DNA from: Saccostrea echinata
Taxonomy: Eukaryota
Direction of reading: 5' to 3'
Assembly (NCBI RefSeq): GCF_033153115.1
Contig: NW_026889777.1
Span: forward strand, 15,872,001-15,936,000
Length of the DNA: 64,000 nt
The notes below the pieces were generated by a model. It saw only the letters and a list, made by a program, of their open reading frames with translations. It was not told the DNA's origin and ran no database searches. The position numbers and the translations under genes were made by a program. This document shows positions 24,461-38,078 of the stretch, piece after piece. How positions within the stretch are numbered: position 1 is the stretch's first letter; the number at the start of each line of letters is the position of its first letter.

Positions 24461-24830
24461 TTCTAAAAAGAAAATGTGGAAGACACTCTAATGAGAACGT
24501 TGCCCAATTGCAAAATAGAGTCTTTGAAAACATAGTTCTTGACATGACAAATGAATAAAGGCTGTTATTCTGCCCAAAAGATGAGCAATTTTAGTACTTC
24601 AACGTAAATCATCAATTGAAATTGTCAAAACTAAATACAATTGCAAACTTTATCATGTCTTTTGTTTGCACCTTTGTTTAGAGGCAATATATCTATTTTC
24701 AAAATGTGTATTTAATTAGTTCACAAAAGCATTTTAGTTTAAAAAGTTTATTGAGCCGTACAATATAATTCCTCTCCTTATTTATACAAGGTAGACTCCT
24801 CTTAATTTACTCTTAAGACGGATTTTTCAG

Positions 24831-27800
24831 TATTCTGTATCAAGCAAAGAGGCTTATTTAGCGTCTCATAAGCGAAAGGTTAAAGTGTCGAAAAAAGAGG
24901 TTCCTAAGACCTCCAAGGATCTGAAGGAGAACATTAAGGCCTGCATAAAGGATGACAAAATGCCTGTGGTGCAAGCAGACGACAGAGAACAAACATGGCA
25001 GACTTTCCAAGAGCTGCTGGATTTTGACGTCTTCCTGTTGGACTGCAGAATATTAAACGACGATATGGTAGGTAAAATAGCGTGCATTTAATAAATATGA
25101 ATTCGATTTAATGAGATGTTAGAGGAAGAACAATGACTACGGTTAGAAAAAAGATGCTGTTATAGATATGTATACCTATATCATTATACCTAAACAACTA
25201 GTCCTGAGTTACTCATTTCAGATTCCTTGCAAAAAAATGGAAGAAATGCCTTTGGGTTTTTTTTAAATCAATAAAACAGATTGATTATACTTATACTTGT
25301 AAAACAGTTTTCAATGTTAATTTTACCAAATATCCTATATATATGCACCCTCCTAAGTTATCGAATCAAGCATTTTACGTTTTCCAGTGACTTTTAGCTT
25401 GTATATACTTAACCACCATTCATAGATATTATCTATTTCACTTTGCAGAAAAAGAAAATAAGGGAGACCCCAAAGGCGAACTTATCAGACTCGGAAAGGG
25501 TAAATGATATTAAAACTGATTTTACATTTGACAGTTGCAAACAGTTTCTGCAATGAAATATTAAAATCTTTGAATATCAGTTTGTAATATAAGCACATTT
25601 TAATGAATACATGAATTAAGAACTTTTCATCTGTTATAAAGAAAGAAATGGAAGAATTATTAAAGAGCATGCAGGACAAAATAGGACACAATCCAAAATT
25701 GGAAATAGAGAGATTTGAAAATTGGGCGGAAACAATTATTTCCAACGTCATTTCCTGTTGGCCGACATCAAAGGAAGAAATACAAACTGTCATAGCAGCA
25801 TCAAAGGAGGAGGGACTGAAGATACGTTGTGCTGGTTCTCGACATAGCTGGGCACCAGTCTTTAGTGATGAGCGACAGATGTTATTAAACCTTGGAAAAC
25901 TGCGAAGTGACTACGGACATGGTGTCAAAATAAGAATAGCAAATGTACTTATTTTTTAGAATATTTTTAAAATTCAATTATTGATTGATAAATACATACA
26001 GGTACTCGTTTTATAAGGCCACCTTCAATGTTTGATATCGCACAGTCCCTACTGAAAGCGTTATACAAACCATGTCTTGCTAGTGCTTCGCATTTGTTCA
26101 TTTTTCACTACTGATGGACCGATTAATCGATTAAATCGATTATCTTATCGAAATGGTCCCCGATTATAGATAATCAATGATAATTTAAATAATCGATTAA
26201 TATTAGTTAAAAGTAAATTATTTCTATTATTTTTTATTCATTCTTCTTTGAATATTACGAAATCTTAAGCAATAATCTAATAAATGAATCAAATGACACA
26301 AAATACATTGAAAGTGCATTTTAGATATCACCCCAGAATTCTTCACCAATTTACTATTCACTGATTCAAAAATGAACAAATTTAATACTTGAAATCAATC
26401 GATTATTAATCGATTATAGTGCATCCGATTATTCCAATAATCGATTATGAAAAAAATACGATCTTCCGTCACTATTTTTCACTCAATATTCATGTTTGGA
26501 AGTATAATAGGGTTTCAGATATTCCATTGGCATAAACGAGATCGGATCTCAAAATAAAGGACCCGAAAAAAAGCAGTTGATGATCAATATTAATATTAAT
26601 TATGGAAAAATTACCCAAAAATAAAATATATGTACAAGTACATGTACAAGAAAATGTATTTCTGTATATAAATATATGTCTTATTAAGTCAACACGGTTT
26701 TGGGTCCTCCAATTTTCAGGGACTCGTTTACATTAATTTTGTATTCCTAATCACCCATGAGTTTTTAAAAAAAATTCTTTATAATTGTTTATACATTGTT
26801 ATAATTGTCATTATCATAGCGTAGTCGCAACGAAGTTGATGTAATGGCGGGCGTCACAACTGGAGAGTTGAAAGATTTTCAACTGAAAAATAAGCTTCAC
26901 CTTCCTGCTAGTGTCATCATTGACGCAGTGACTGTGGTAGGAATCGTTAGTGCTGGATGTCACGTGAGTAATCATTGCACATTTTCGGGTAAACAATTTA
27001 TTAGCACAATTTTCTTAACAATGTTTTTTCTTCATTCATTACTAGTACATGACCTTAATGAAATGCATTTCATATTCACAGGGTGTGGGACGTTACTCAA
27101 AGTCTATCAGTGATTATGTCGTGAAGATGCGAGTGTTCGATTCTAAAGGCGAATTAAGGACGTATTCGAATGAAAACCAGGCAATGTTCAGAGCAGTTAT
27201 GGCGGGTTTTGGATGTTTTGGTGTGGTGTATGATATAACGCTAAAGGTAAAATACAACATGTGGTATCTCTATAATTTAAACAGATATCTTTATAAATGA
27301 AAAATACATATACATGTATTTAACTACAGATATACATCTCTAATCAAAGAGAGGAATCATGTACAAAAAGAAATACTGTATACAGGGAAATTTTCGACCC
27401 CGTTTTATTTTCGCCCCTATCGCCCTACTCACAGGTGGGCGAATTTAAAACGGGGCGAATTCAAAGAACACAGTATAATTTCTTACACAAAACTTTGACT
27501 GGGCGAATTTAAAACAAGGTAATATTGTTTGCAAGTGTGAAAGAGTGAAAATAACAGGGGGCGAAAATAACCCTGTATACAGTATACATGTATCTTTTTT
27601 TTGAATAAATAGTAAATGGCTTAAAAAAAGCTATTGAGCAATATTCTGTTCTCGCTCTGAAATTAAGCGTTTATGACTTCAACGTCTTTTCAGATAACCC
27701 CCCCCCCTTAAAATAAATCTTGAAAGACCGTGAGTGATATGAGTTTGATTTTATGCGGTAATTTTATGAAGATAATTCTATTCTGTCCAATCATGGTAGC

Positions 27801-30800
27801 ATCATATTTTTTTATCTAAAAAATATACACTTCATACCTTGAACTTTAAATTAGTTTTGATCGATGATAGCCCCCTTCCCTTAGAAAATCACGCTTTGAA
27901 ACAATTCTTCAGCTTCAACTAATGTGTTGACACAGCAACATTTCAAAAATGGTTGAGTCTTGGGGAAAACACATCATTAGATTTATTCATGATTTTCTGT
28001 TGCACATGTTGGGAACCTATTTACTTGTAACACACTTAGATGATATTTACAGGTGTATTTCATATCCTTGATTCGCTAATAGTAATATTTTACATATTCT
28101 CTTAAAACACTAACAATTACCTAAATCTTATTTAAAAATGCACTTATATACTTATTTATTTTCTTGAGATGGAACCAGAATTTCTGGTAAAAACAGAAAA
28201 CGTATATTATAACCTGGGAGAAGTTTTCTGCTATGCCAGATGTCTTCAGTCAATAGTCGAGAACAATTGGTCCACTAACATTCTTTGGTTCCCCTACAAT
28301 TCCTTAAGTTGTGGTGACTACAATCCTAAGAACGATGAGTTGTGGGTACGCGTGACGAATAAAGCGCCACCTGACGTGGACACAGAAGACTGGGACTATT
28401 ACACTTGGCGTGACACCAAGGATTACGTCACACAGGGGTCACTGGCGGCCATGCTGCCACTATTAGTGGAGGATCCCAGTATTGTGCCGTACTTTTCATG
28501 GACTGGCTTTAAATTGTTGAAGTACGTGATGTACCCATCTGGTGAAATTTACCAAGAGCATCCTCATTCTGTTCATTTCAGGTAAGAAATAATACAACTA
28601 CAGTGTATACCAAAAAAATCCTCATTCTGTACAAATAAGGAAAATAAAATTACAAGTACACCAAGAACATCATTTTCAGATAATTAATTGTTTAAATATT
28701 TTACTAGAAAACATGCTTTACGTATGAACAATATCTTAAACGAGGCAAGCTATTGACTAACAAGTTGATGAAACAATGATATCAACAGTTTGAAGTCATC
28801 ATTTGGCAAGTTTTATGGTCGATACAATGACCTTGTCAGCACATACAACCTATCATAGAGTCAAATGCTGACTGACGTGTTTTATACTAATTGTTATTGA
28901 TACACTGAACTGTCTACGGATTTTTTGTTGTTTTTTTTTGTTGTTTTTTTTTTTTTTTTATCATGAAAAGGAGCACACGGCGGGTGTGACCGGTCGGCAG
29001 GGGATGCTCACTCCTCCATGGTATCTGATCCCACCTCTAAATTTTGAGGTCCATGTTTGCTCTTCTCCAAATTTTATCTTTTTATTGGACTTTCGAGATT
29101 TAATACTGTTCGTTATATTCATATTTCATGAAAGCATACTCATACATTCGGGAAAAGACTTTTTTGAGAAAAAAAAATTGCATAGAATGGATAAAAGTAT
29201 GCTAGAAAAAACTTAGAGACAAAGATGTATTTTGTTGAATAATTTTACTGGAAGAGTCTTAGAAATAGTTTAAAGTGGAAATACAATAGTAGCTGGACAC
29301 AAATATCTATAACATCAAGGAAGTTTGAAGGAGGCAATGTTGTCCGTCTGTCTGACCTCTAGACAACATAGTTTGTTGAGGGATTTCTGTGCTATGAATA
29401 AGGACTGGGACAAGAGTGGAATTAAACGATTCTTGACTAGATTTAATGCAGATCTGGATAAAATGTGGCTCATGTTAAGTAGCTGAATTAAATTCCGAAT
29501 GAGTCATTATGGCATTGCTTCTTCTTTCCTCCGTGCATAGTGTGTAGATTGTGCTTATTCACCTTAAAGTTTTAAGTATTATTATTTCTCTGCGTAAAGA
29601 GTTCTACTTGGTATCCCAAATTTATTTTTACACGTTTATTAATTTTTCATCAGGAAACATATTGACATGGCACCTGTATACGATATGGAATTCATATTTG
29701 ACTATGATGACGACTACGAGAAGCTGTTACAGATCATACATGTGGTAGTGAAGAGGGTCGACCATTATGAAGAAAAGGAGGAATATCCCCTTACAGCCTT
29801 GGAGATCCGCTTTATATCTTACAGGTAATTATTAAAATAAAATGTGAAGACGCTGATTTAGCAAGTAATCAATAATAGTTTAAATATGGTCTCTATATGT
29901 ACTAGAATGAAAACCTGACTTGAGTAGAAAAATTCAAAAACCAGACCTTGCAGGGAAAAATCGCCTTGGTTCCATTCAATTTATTCTTAACAATCTTGTT
30001 TAACAATTTAATTGTGATCCTGAGTAAACATCAATATTTCAAACTGTATAAAAAGGATGATGACTTAATCAAAGCAAGAACATGCCAAAATGATACATTT
30101 TTCTCATAGTCATTTTCTGTCCAAAATCAAAAGCCAGACTTCAATTGTACGGGAAAAGAACATGTTTTTAGAGAGCTATAATTATTTCAAAATTTGGTTC
30201 TTCGTGCTGAACACAGATTGGGTCAAATGCTGGTGAAGATCTCGAGGGATGACTAGCAAAAGAAAACCAAAACAAAAATCTACTGGTCCTTCGAGTCCAG
30301 GAAAAAGTCATCACCCCTGCCATTGTAAAAAGCTACAGTTCAGAAACTTTAACCAGAGAACAAATTGCTGGAGTGAGGATACATGCAAGAAGGACTGTTG
30401 TTAGCCAAACCCAACAGGAAACTGACAAAGTGATGGATTCACAAAGAGTGGGCTGTTAGAATATGCGGATACTCTACCAAACTGGAAAAATGGCATTTGT
30501 GGCAAGAAAAATAGAACGATTTAACATCGAGCTTTTTGGACTTAGTGAGAATAGATTGACAGACAGTGGCACTATGCAGTTATCATTCTCTGTCCAGGAA
30601 GATCAGATGACCAGCGTAATAGAGGAGTACGCATCAAGAAGGATTCAAAGCAGTTTACTGAAAAGGAAACCTATCAACGAAATTAATCAAGGCGAGAAAC
30701 AACTCAGCATATGCCAAACTTACCACCATCGTTTGCGATGCTCCAACAAAGGATGCTGAAGATTATGAGAAGGACTGTTTGTTGACTTACCACCAAGGCA

Positions 30801-33800
30801 TGATGTTAAACTCATTATGGGAGATCTGAATGCTAAAAGAAGAATAAACCTTGAAGACAAAGAAGGTACAATTGGTCAACAAGGGTTATGGTAACAACAA
30901 TGGTGAAAGACTTGGCACGTTTAGCCAAAAAAAAAAGCTTAATAGAATTCTTCAGATGGTCAAATCAGAAACCAGATCGACCAAATATTTATTAACAAGG
31001 GATGGAGAGGCAGTCGAATGAGTGTAGCTAGTTGCAAGACATGGATAGCCACTCACTAGTGCTTGCTAAAGTGAAACTCAAGCTTCGCAAGGTAAACAAA
31101 AAGAACAAACGACCAGCCCCTAAATATTCAAAAATTAAAGGAATGTTAAATCAAAAAAGCATTCCAATTAGAGACAAGGAAGTTTTGCTTCTAATATGGA
31201 AAATGACGAAGAGATACATACAACGCTCTTAAATAAGCTTCTCCTGGAGACAGACTGACAACTAAATTACTTGCGCAGAAGAAAAGGAAAAGGGATAACT
31301 GGATTTCAGAAAAAATATGTAGGAAAATCATTACATGAAGGCAAAGGAAAAAGAAAATCTTAGATTTTTTAAGAGAACTAAAGGTAGAGTACAAACTCAA
31401 TTAGACACGATCAGACAAGGAGAAATACAGAAAACTAGCAGCAGCAGGAGAAGAAAGAGCGACTACAAGACAGAAATTATTACCTTGACCCAACTTTCAA
31501 TGATACTGGCAGGAAAATTATCTTCCAACACATTGAAAAAGTTCTGGATAAAACATGGAGGAAGATAATTAAATGAAGGTAAAAGAAAGGGACAATCTTG
31601 ATTATTAACAAAATCTGAAAAAACTTCGAGAAAATAAAGGAAGAGTACACACAATTAGACGAACATGAGTCAAGAAATGTGCACGATTAAAAAAAGAGAT
31701 TATATCGATAATCATGTAACAGAAGAAACAAAACGAACGACTGCAAGACACAAGAAATGAAGACCTTGACCCAATTATCAAGAACACTGGCAGGAAAATT
31801 ATCTTCCCATCGAAGAAATCAACCGTCTCAAGATGTGGACATTTCAAAATGTTGGAAGAAACACTTTGAAAGAGTCCTCACTTCTCAACATAGATAATCC
31901 ATATCTGGGGCAAACATAACACATCTTACCAATCAACTGGGAACCACCAACACTGAAAGAAGTTAAAAAAGCAATCACTAACAGCACCTGGAGTCTGAAG
32001 TGGATCAGATTAATGTAGTTACTGACGGCAAAGGAACACCTAAAACTGTACTGGGTTACTCAAAAAGATACTCTCAAGGATCTGGACTACAGAAGAATTG
32101 CCATCAAGTGGAAGAGTTGCTCCATCATAAAGCTGCCAAAGAAGGGGGATTTAATTGACTACAACTGAAACAACTGAATTTAGTTTTCTTTCACCAGCAA
32201 AGTTCTGAGAAGATTTTGCCTGCATTTCAAAACCATTTAGTCATTTAGAAGGGAGATTTAAATGACTACAACTGAAACAACTGAATTTAGTTTTCTTTCA
32301 CCAGCAAAGTTCTGAGAAGATTTTTGCCCGCATTTCAAAAGCCATTTAGTCATTTAGAAACATCTGAAAATAATAATAGGTTAGAGCCTTTTTATATCAT
32401 GCAGAATCATGGGAGTAGAAAAATACTAAAATCAGAATACTTAACTAGATGTCGTCCAAGGTTACTCTGCATCTTCTGGTCAAGGACTATCATTAATGAA
32501 AATTGTTTAGGAGGAAAAAATTCCAGCCACTTTCCCTAGACGTCAAGAATAGGGGATGTCTCCTCAACATACAACTAAAACAACCTTCCATAAACAGAAT
32601 ATAAATAAGCGGTCCAATCTAATAAGGGATATACGAGAATGACCATTCTTTCTTTCGTCTATTGATAAGGAAGACAAAATGTTTCCATTCCTGACTCCCT
32701 CTTACTTCCTCTTTGGTTCCTTAATTTCTTTGAAACTGCTGTCTTCTAACTTCTTACCCTCCAGTTACATTGTTCTTAAAGACTTTGTGTCTTCCGGACA
32801 ACTTAACGTAAACCATGGATATTAAATCAGATTTAAAATATACATTTATCCCATGTTTACCCCTTTATCCCGTGGATATGACTCATTGGATATTTTTTCA
32901 TAACCCACAGTTAAGTGCAGTTGTGACGTCACAATGGTTTTAGCGTTAGCGTGATGAAGTAAAACAAAGTGGAGTCCTATATAAAACAGTGTAAAACATT
33001 GGTTGTGAAGTATTGAACATGGGATATAAAGAATCTCCCATGATTTGTAGTTGGATATGACTTTTATCCAACTCGTTGTGTGTTTTTTATCCCCTCGCCA
33101 AGGCTCGGGGATAAAATACACACAACTCGTTGGATAAAAATCACATCCAACTACAAATCATGGGAGATCCTATATTTATCTAATGTCTCATCATAAAACC
33201 ACATGATCAAAATTAAATATATCCCAATGCTTGAAATTCAAGGGAAACTGATAACCTACAGTTTATTTTCTTTTTAAAAAGATTCAATGTGAGTTTTATT
33301 TAGTCTTGAAATGCTTCCTATCCTGATACACTTGCATTTCCGTTTGCAGATCGAGGAAAATCATTCCTAACCACGCAACGTAGATAAGAGTAGAAACTGT
33401 TAGCATTAGGAATGTAATGTAAATCGTTTTAGCTAAACAAAATATAATGTACCTTGTATGTACAATTATTTTTATTTCCTTGAACACCGTGTATATATAC
33501 GAAACTTTGTTCCTTGCGATTTGAATTAAGAATCAAAGATGGTAGATGGAGTTCATACAGGATTCGTCTTGACTCTAACGTTACATTTTCAAAGCAATTT
33601 TTGATGATATGTTGCTACTGTAAAATCACATATATTCGTGGGGTCAGATTACCGTGGTTATAGGAAAAAAAATGGTTCGTGGGGATTTGATTTCGTTGCA
33701 GTAGAAGTGTTGAGTACTTACGCATATGGAATTTTACATTTCGAGGAGGATAGGAATTCGTGGGTCTTACCACACCTCGAAAACGAAAAGCAATCCCCCA

Positions 33801-34484
33801 TGAAAAATAGTGATTTCACAGTATTTTTTTATATAAACATCAGAGTTCTGTTTGTGAATCTGAGCTTGAGCAATGCAATCTATAAGAAAGAAAGTCGTTC
33901 CAAAATCAAGTCATGTAATTCATTATAATAGCAATAGTAGAATTTTTGCGATTTTAAATGTTTCAGTGATGCCTATTTGGGATCAGGAGTGCTTGCCAAT
34001 CCTGCTACTGGTGGGTCTGGTCATGTGATGTGTATAGAGATCTTAGGCTGTCCCGGATGTAGGGGCTGGGATACATTCAGTACTGAGGTTGGCAAGGAGT
34101 GGATGGATCTTGGAGGGGTGCCTCACCTGGCCAAACAATGGAATCATTTACCCGGGATTTATGAACACATCCAAGAGGTATAAAATAGCAAAACAAGTAA
34201 ATCGTTGAGGCATTGAAAATTTCCCCACTGCATACTAGTTTTTGTTTGTAGGATACACTAACTAATAATCAGGTAATTATTTTGTTGAATCCTTGCACAA
34301 TTTAAAAATAGATTAGGCATTAATGACGAAAATCATGGGATGTTTTTCATTTCATCATTTGTCTTTGTTGTAGAAAATGAGTGGGCCTATCACATCCTTC
34401 AAGACGCAATTAAAGAAATCAGGGGCGGATCCAGATGGCATGTTTCTAAATGAAAATTTTAAAATGCTTCTGGGTATATTGTAG
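24831..34484 (+). CDS. FAD-linked oxidoreductase, L-gulonolactone/D-arabinono-1,4-lactone oxidase (VAO/ALO) family
   Basis: Exons 24831-25067, 25449-25499, 25642-25944, 26820-26963, 27082-27246, 28169-28581, 29654-29824, 33967-34177, 34374-34484 splice in frame. Motifs FENWAETI, CAGSRHSW (FAD-binding His), SAGCHGVG, GFGCFGVVYDITL, PHLAKQW, DPDGMFLN. The true start is uncertain; the first in-frame ATG is at 24960. Confidence 0.87.
26109..26473. mobile_element. hAT-like MITE rich in AATCGATT motifs
   Basis: Imperfect TIRs TACTGATGGA / TCCGTCACTA and many ATCGAT repeats. Confidence 0.55.
27376..27582. mobile_element. TA-flanked MITE (family of 12598-12788, opposite orientation)
   Basis: TA|CTGTATACAGGG ... 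CCCTGTATACAG|TA. Confidence 0.8.
28720..29130 (+). mobile_element. 3' fragment of a Penelope-like retroelement
   Basis: YEQYLKRGKLLTNKLMKQ-like coding remnant plus the 3' motif CGGCGGGTGTGACCGGTCGGCAGGGGATGCTCACTCCTC. Confidence 0.7.
30230..32560 (+). mobile_element. Degraded RTE-like LINE (APE endonuclease and RT remnants)
   Basis: NMRILYQTGKM..VARKIERFNIELFGLSE, IMGDLNAK, RNQIDQIFI, DSHSLVLAKVKLKL, IIKLPKKGDL, with many frameshifts and internal duplications. Confidence 0.8.
33033..33168. repeat. Long near-perfect inverted repeat (~60-bp stem)
   Basis: ATCTCCCATGATTTGTAGTTGGAT...TTATCCCC-loop-GGGGATAA...ATCCAACTACAAATCATGGGAGAT. Confidence 0.9.
33618..33821. mobile_element. TA-flanked MITE
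   Basis: TA|CTGTAAAATCAC ... GTGATTTCACAG|TA. Confidence 0.7.
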
Positions 34485-36589
34485 TTCCTTAAAAGACAAT
34501 TACTTAATGTGTGACAATGCCTGATTAACATTATGCAACAAATTAAAGTCTTGAAAAAATTACAAAAAGAATAATAATAGCATGCTTTATGTACTTCATT
34601 TAAAGGGTAACGGGTCTTTTAAACAGTGTTTCTTGTTATTTCCATCATCTTGTATTTAATGGCTGGGATTTAGCATTTATATCTACATAGTTGTACATTA
34701 ATTTACTGTCAAATAAAATTTCTTATTTTTGAACATTATTACATAATTTAGTAATTTTAAGTAGAGGGCAGAATGCTCAGTATAATCATGCAATCTATTT
34801 ATTGTTTAATGTACAGACATACTGAAAGAAAATTTTGAAAGGATGTTGAATGTTATAAATGTCCAGGTCTTTGAAAAGTGCTTGACTGTTAATAGTTTTG
34901 GTGCCATCTGCCAGGTTCCAGAACTTAGGGGAGGGGAACCACTAAATCTTAATTTTGTTTCCCTTCACCAAAAAAACGTAATGATATAACAGGTTGAAAC
35001 TTTATGAATACTTTCAGAAAGGAATCTAAACCTTCATGCCAGCCATTGTAGAAGAAAAAAAGGGGGGAAAGGGAGGGGGGGGGGGGTAGGCTATGATAAA
35101 TAACAATCTGTCTACATTAAAAACTTCAGAACCACAATTAAAACTGATAATTACAATTCTTAAATAGTTAAAACTTTTTCAGTACAAAATCTTCATGAAT
35201 ATACATTTATTATTTCATGATCACATAAATCATAATCACCAATATACAAAATGTCATGTGCATGTACAATTTCTTGATTGACAATGAAAAACACAGACTT
35301 TATGCAGCATGGATATGAATCAGGGTTTTAAAGTGACCTAAGTTGAGGGGACACATGCAAGATTAGTCAAGGTTAAAAATGAATAAAAGCCTGTTGTATG
35401 TTAATAAAGCTTGAACTACATTAAAGAACCTTCATGATACTTTTTTCCAGAATTTTAGGACACATTCTGCAATATGCTATAATACTGAACAGCTCTTTCT
35501 ACAATTTTGTCAATTTTGTGTCAATTCACAATCATCTCTTAATACAGAAAATAAATGCACATCATTACACGTATATCAATAAAAAGAAGAAACAAAATTT
35601 GCCAGAATTTTTAGTGTCTGTACATTAAGAACGGATATTTTGTCACAGTTCATGATGTACTTAAAAATGTTCAAAGTAAATGTTAACTTAAATAAAATGT
35701 CTTGTAAGTATACAAATATGATGACAGTACAATAAAAATATAATACCATTATAATTATGTGCAGACAACTTTTTTTCATGTACATGTACTTTAAAATCAT
35801 TATAATCCTACACAGCAACACCCTAGGCTAAAGCATACTAGTCCTTCACTGGATGTCATTTAAATAAATATAGAAAGTTCATAAAGTTTTTAGGGGACTT
35901 TTCAACAGGACAAAGTTAAATTCACAAGGTGTCCAGTAATTCCATGTCAACATATTTAAATTTCTTTTCATTTTTAAAATTGGAGGGGATAAAGCACATG
36001 CAATAAAATGTAACTCAATATTTGACACGTGTCTATATTGCTCTGAAAGTTTATGTACTTAAAATTTTTAACATATAATATGGCATGAAAGTGGTCAAAA
36101 CCTACACCAAAGTCTTGTTCATATGAGTGCATTTTGCAGAAAGAATAGTTTTGAAAATTACTCATTGGATCACAAACATAAGTTGCTGTCTGAGTATTAG
36201 AATTGTCATAAAATTGGCCATGAAGCAGTATAGGAAGGATAGGGCAAAGTGACCACTTTGTGATGCTCTGCTGTGTAAGAAATGCTAATTGTTCCACAAC
36301 CTAAATAACAGTGGAGACTAGATATCATTGAGATGGTGGCCATCTCAAAGGGCCCTGCTTTCAGGAACGAACATGAAAATGTAAGGTAGCTGAAAAGGGT
36401 TTATTTTGAAGAGGAACATTTGTGTACTATTAAAGGTGTGTTGTTTGAATCTAAAGGGCTTCTATGTCATCCTTGTTATAAAAAAAATGGCACGAAAATC
36501 ACTAGTGCTCCATACTCTCTATCAAAAAAAATGGCACAAAAATCATGAATGTTGCATATCCTCTATGAAAATTGTTGCATATCCTCTAT

Positions 36590-37065
36590 CAAAATATGGA
36601 AGGAAAATCAGAAATGTTCCGTACCCAAGTCAATTGGTAAAGTTTGAGGCTGACTGGACTTAAGGGAGAGAAATAATGCACCAAACAAAGATTTTAAACA
36701 GAGAGGCTATTTTTGACCTTGACCCTTGACCAAGAAACTTCGTTCAAGGTCACTGCACATCCACTGACCAGTGGCACTCTGTGAGTGAAGTATGAGCCAC
36801 ATTGGACCAAGGGGAGAGAAGATATGCTCCGGACAAGGATTTTTCATATAATTCTGCTATGACCTTAACCTTAGGCTTAGAAACATGGTTCAAGGTCACT
36901 GCACACCCTTTACCCAAAGGCACTCTGAGGGTGAAGTATGAGCCAGATTGGGCCAAGGAGAGAGAAGATATGCTCCAGATAAGAGATCTCTGATGGACAG
37001 ACTGATGGAAGGATGGATGGACAGACTGATCACTATAGGGTGCCTGCAGAGCGAGGCCCTAATAA
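36590..37065 (+). mobile_element. Short HINE-like element with ~147-bp core repeats
   Basis: GTTCAAGGTCACTGCACA and GGAGAGA.GATATGCTCC are repeated, followed by a (GATG/GACA)n tract and a short terminal hairpin TAGGG..CCCTA. Confidence 0.55.
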
Positions 37066-37108
37066 ATACACTTATCTTAGTGTGCACAACAACTAGATAA
37101 ATGAAGTA

Positions 37109-37496
37109 CAGTAAAACTCAGTTATAAAGAAGTCACTGGGACCTCAAAGTTTGATTCTACCTTATTTAACCCGAGTACTTAATATTGTGAAATGGCCCTT
37201 GGACATCGAATCGCGAGAAGTATAATTCGCGAGTGGACACTTGATCAAGAGTTTTTACAGGGATTTCAGCACCATAAAAATTAAAGCGAGTAATTTTATT
37301 TTGCGAGTGGTTCTTCTCGCATAATTACACAATTATTAATTCCTCACGTATATATTTAGGAATCTACAGTATGTAACAGAAATTCATTTTATCCGTATAT
37401 GGAACATAGTGAAAAGTCTTCTCAGCGATTCATAAAAGTTTCCATAATAACTGAGATTTCCTTATAAGAGAGTTCTTTATAAGTGAGTTTTGCTGT
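37109..37496. mobile_element. Tc1/mariner-like MITE
   Basis: TA|CAGTAAAACTCAGTTATAA ... TTATAAGTGAGTTTTGCTG|TA. Related copies lie near 40310-40400 and 52567-52745. Confidence 0.6.
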
Positions 37497-38078
37497 ACAC
37501 TTACATGTGTGAATGGTATGTATGTATGGTGAATTTATTCTGAATATTCTTATAACTCCTATGAAAATATCTGAAAAGCAGTACACTAGATTTTTATACA
37601 AATGATATGCACAATAAACTTCCTTTCAAAAAGAGAATATAAGAGCTTACTGTGATCATTTTTGGAATGTTTCTTCTTAGCTAGTTTATACTGAATGAAA
37701 ACAACCTTCATCGTAACTGTTTAAAGTACCAGTACATCTGTATTTGGTTGTATTAAAAACTAGCTGTGAAGTGAAATTTGAAAACAACTGCAACCATTCA
37801 CAATACTAAAGTATTATCTGAAAACATCAAATTGAATTCATTAGTCAATTACAAGTTATAAAGTAGACATCTGACAATCCTCAAGCATATTGTCATTCTA
37901 CAACCATTCTTATTCTCACATGACATACAGAATTGCAAGTATATGGGACTGTGCAAAAGCAAGTTACTCTACATTTTCCCCAACAAAGCAAAGTCTCTTT
38001 ATTTTAAATGTCTGCATACATGGCCTTTTCTGATTGGTTGGATCTGATTTGGCAATATTTTTTATGTGTTCTCATTGG

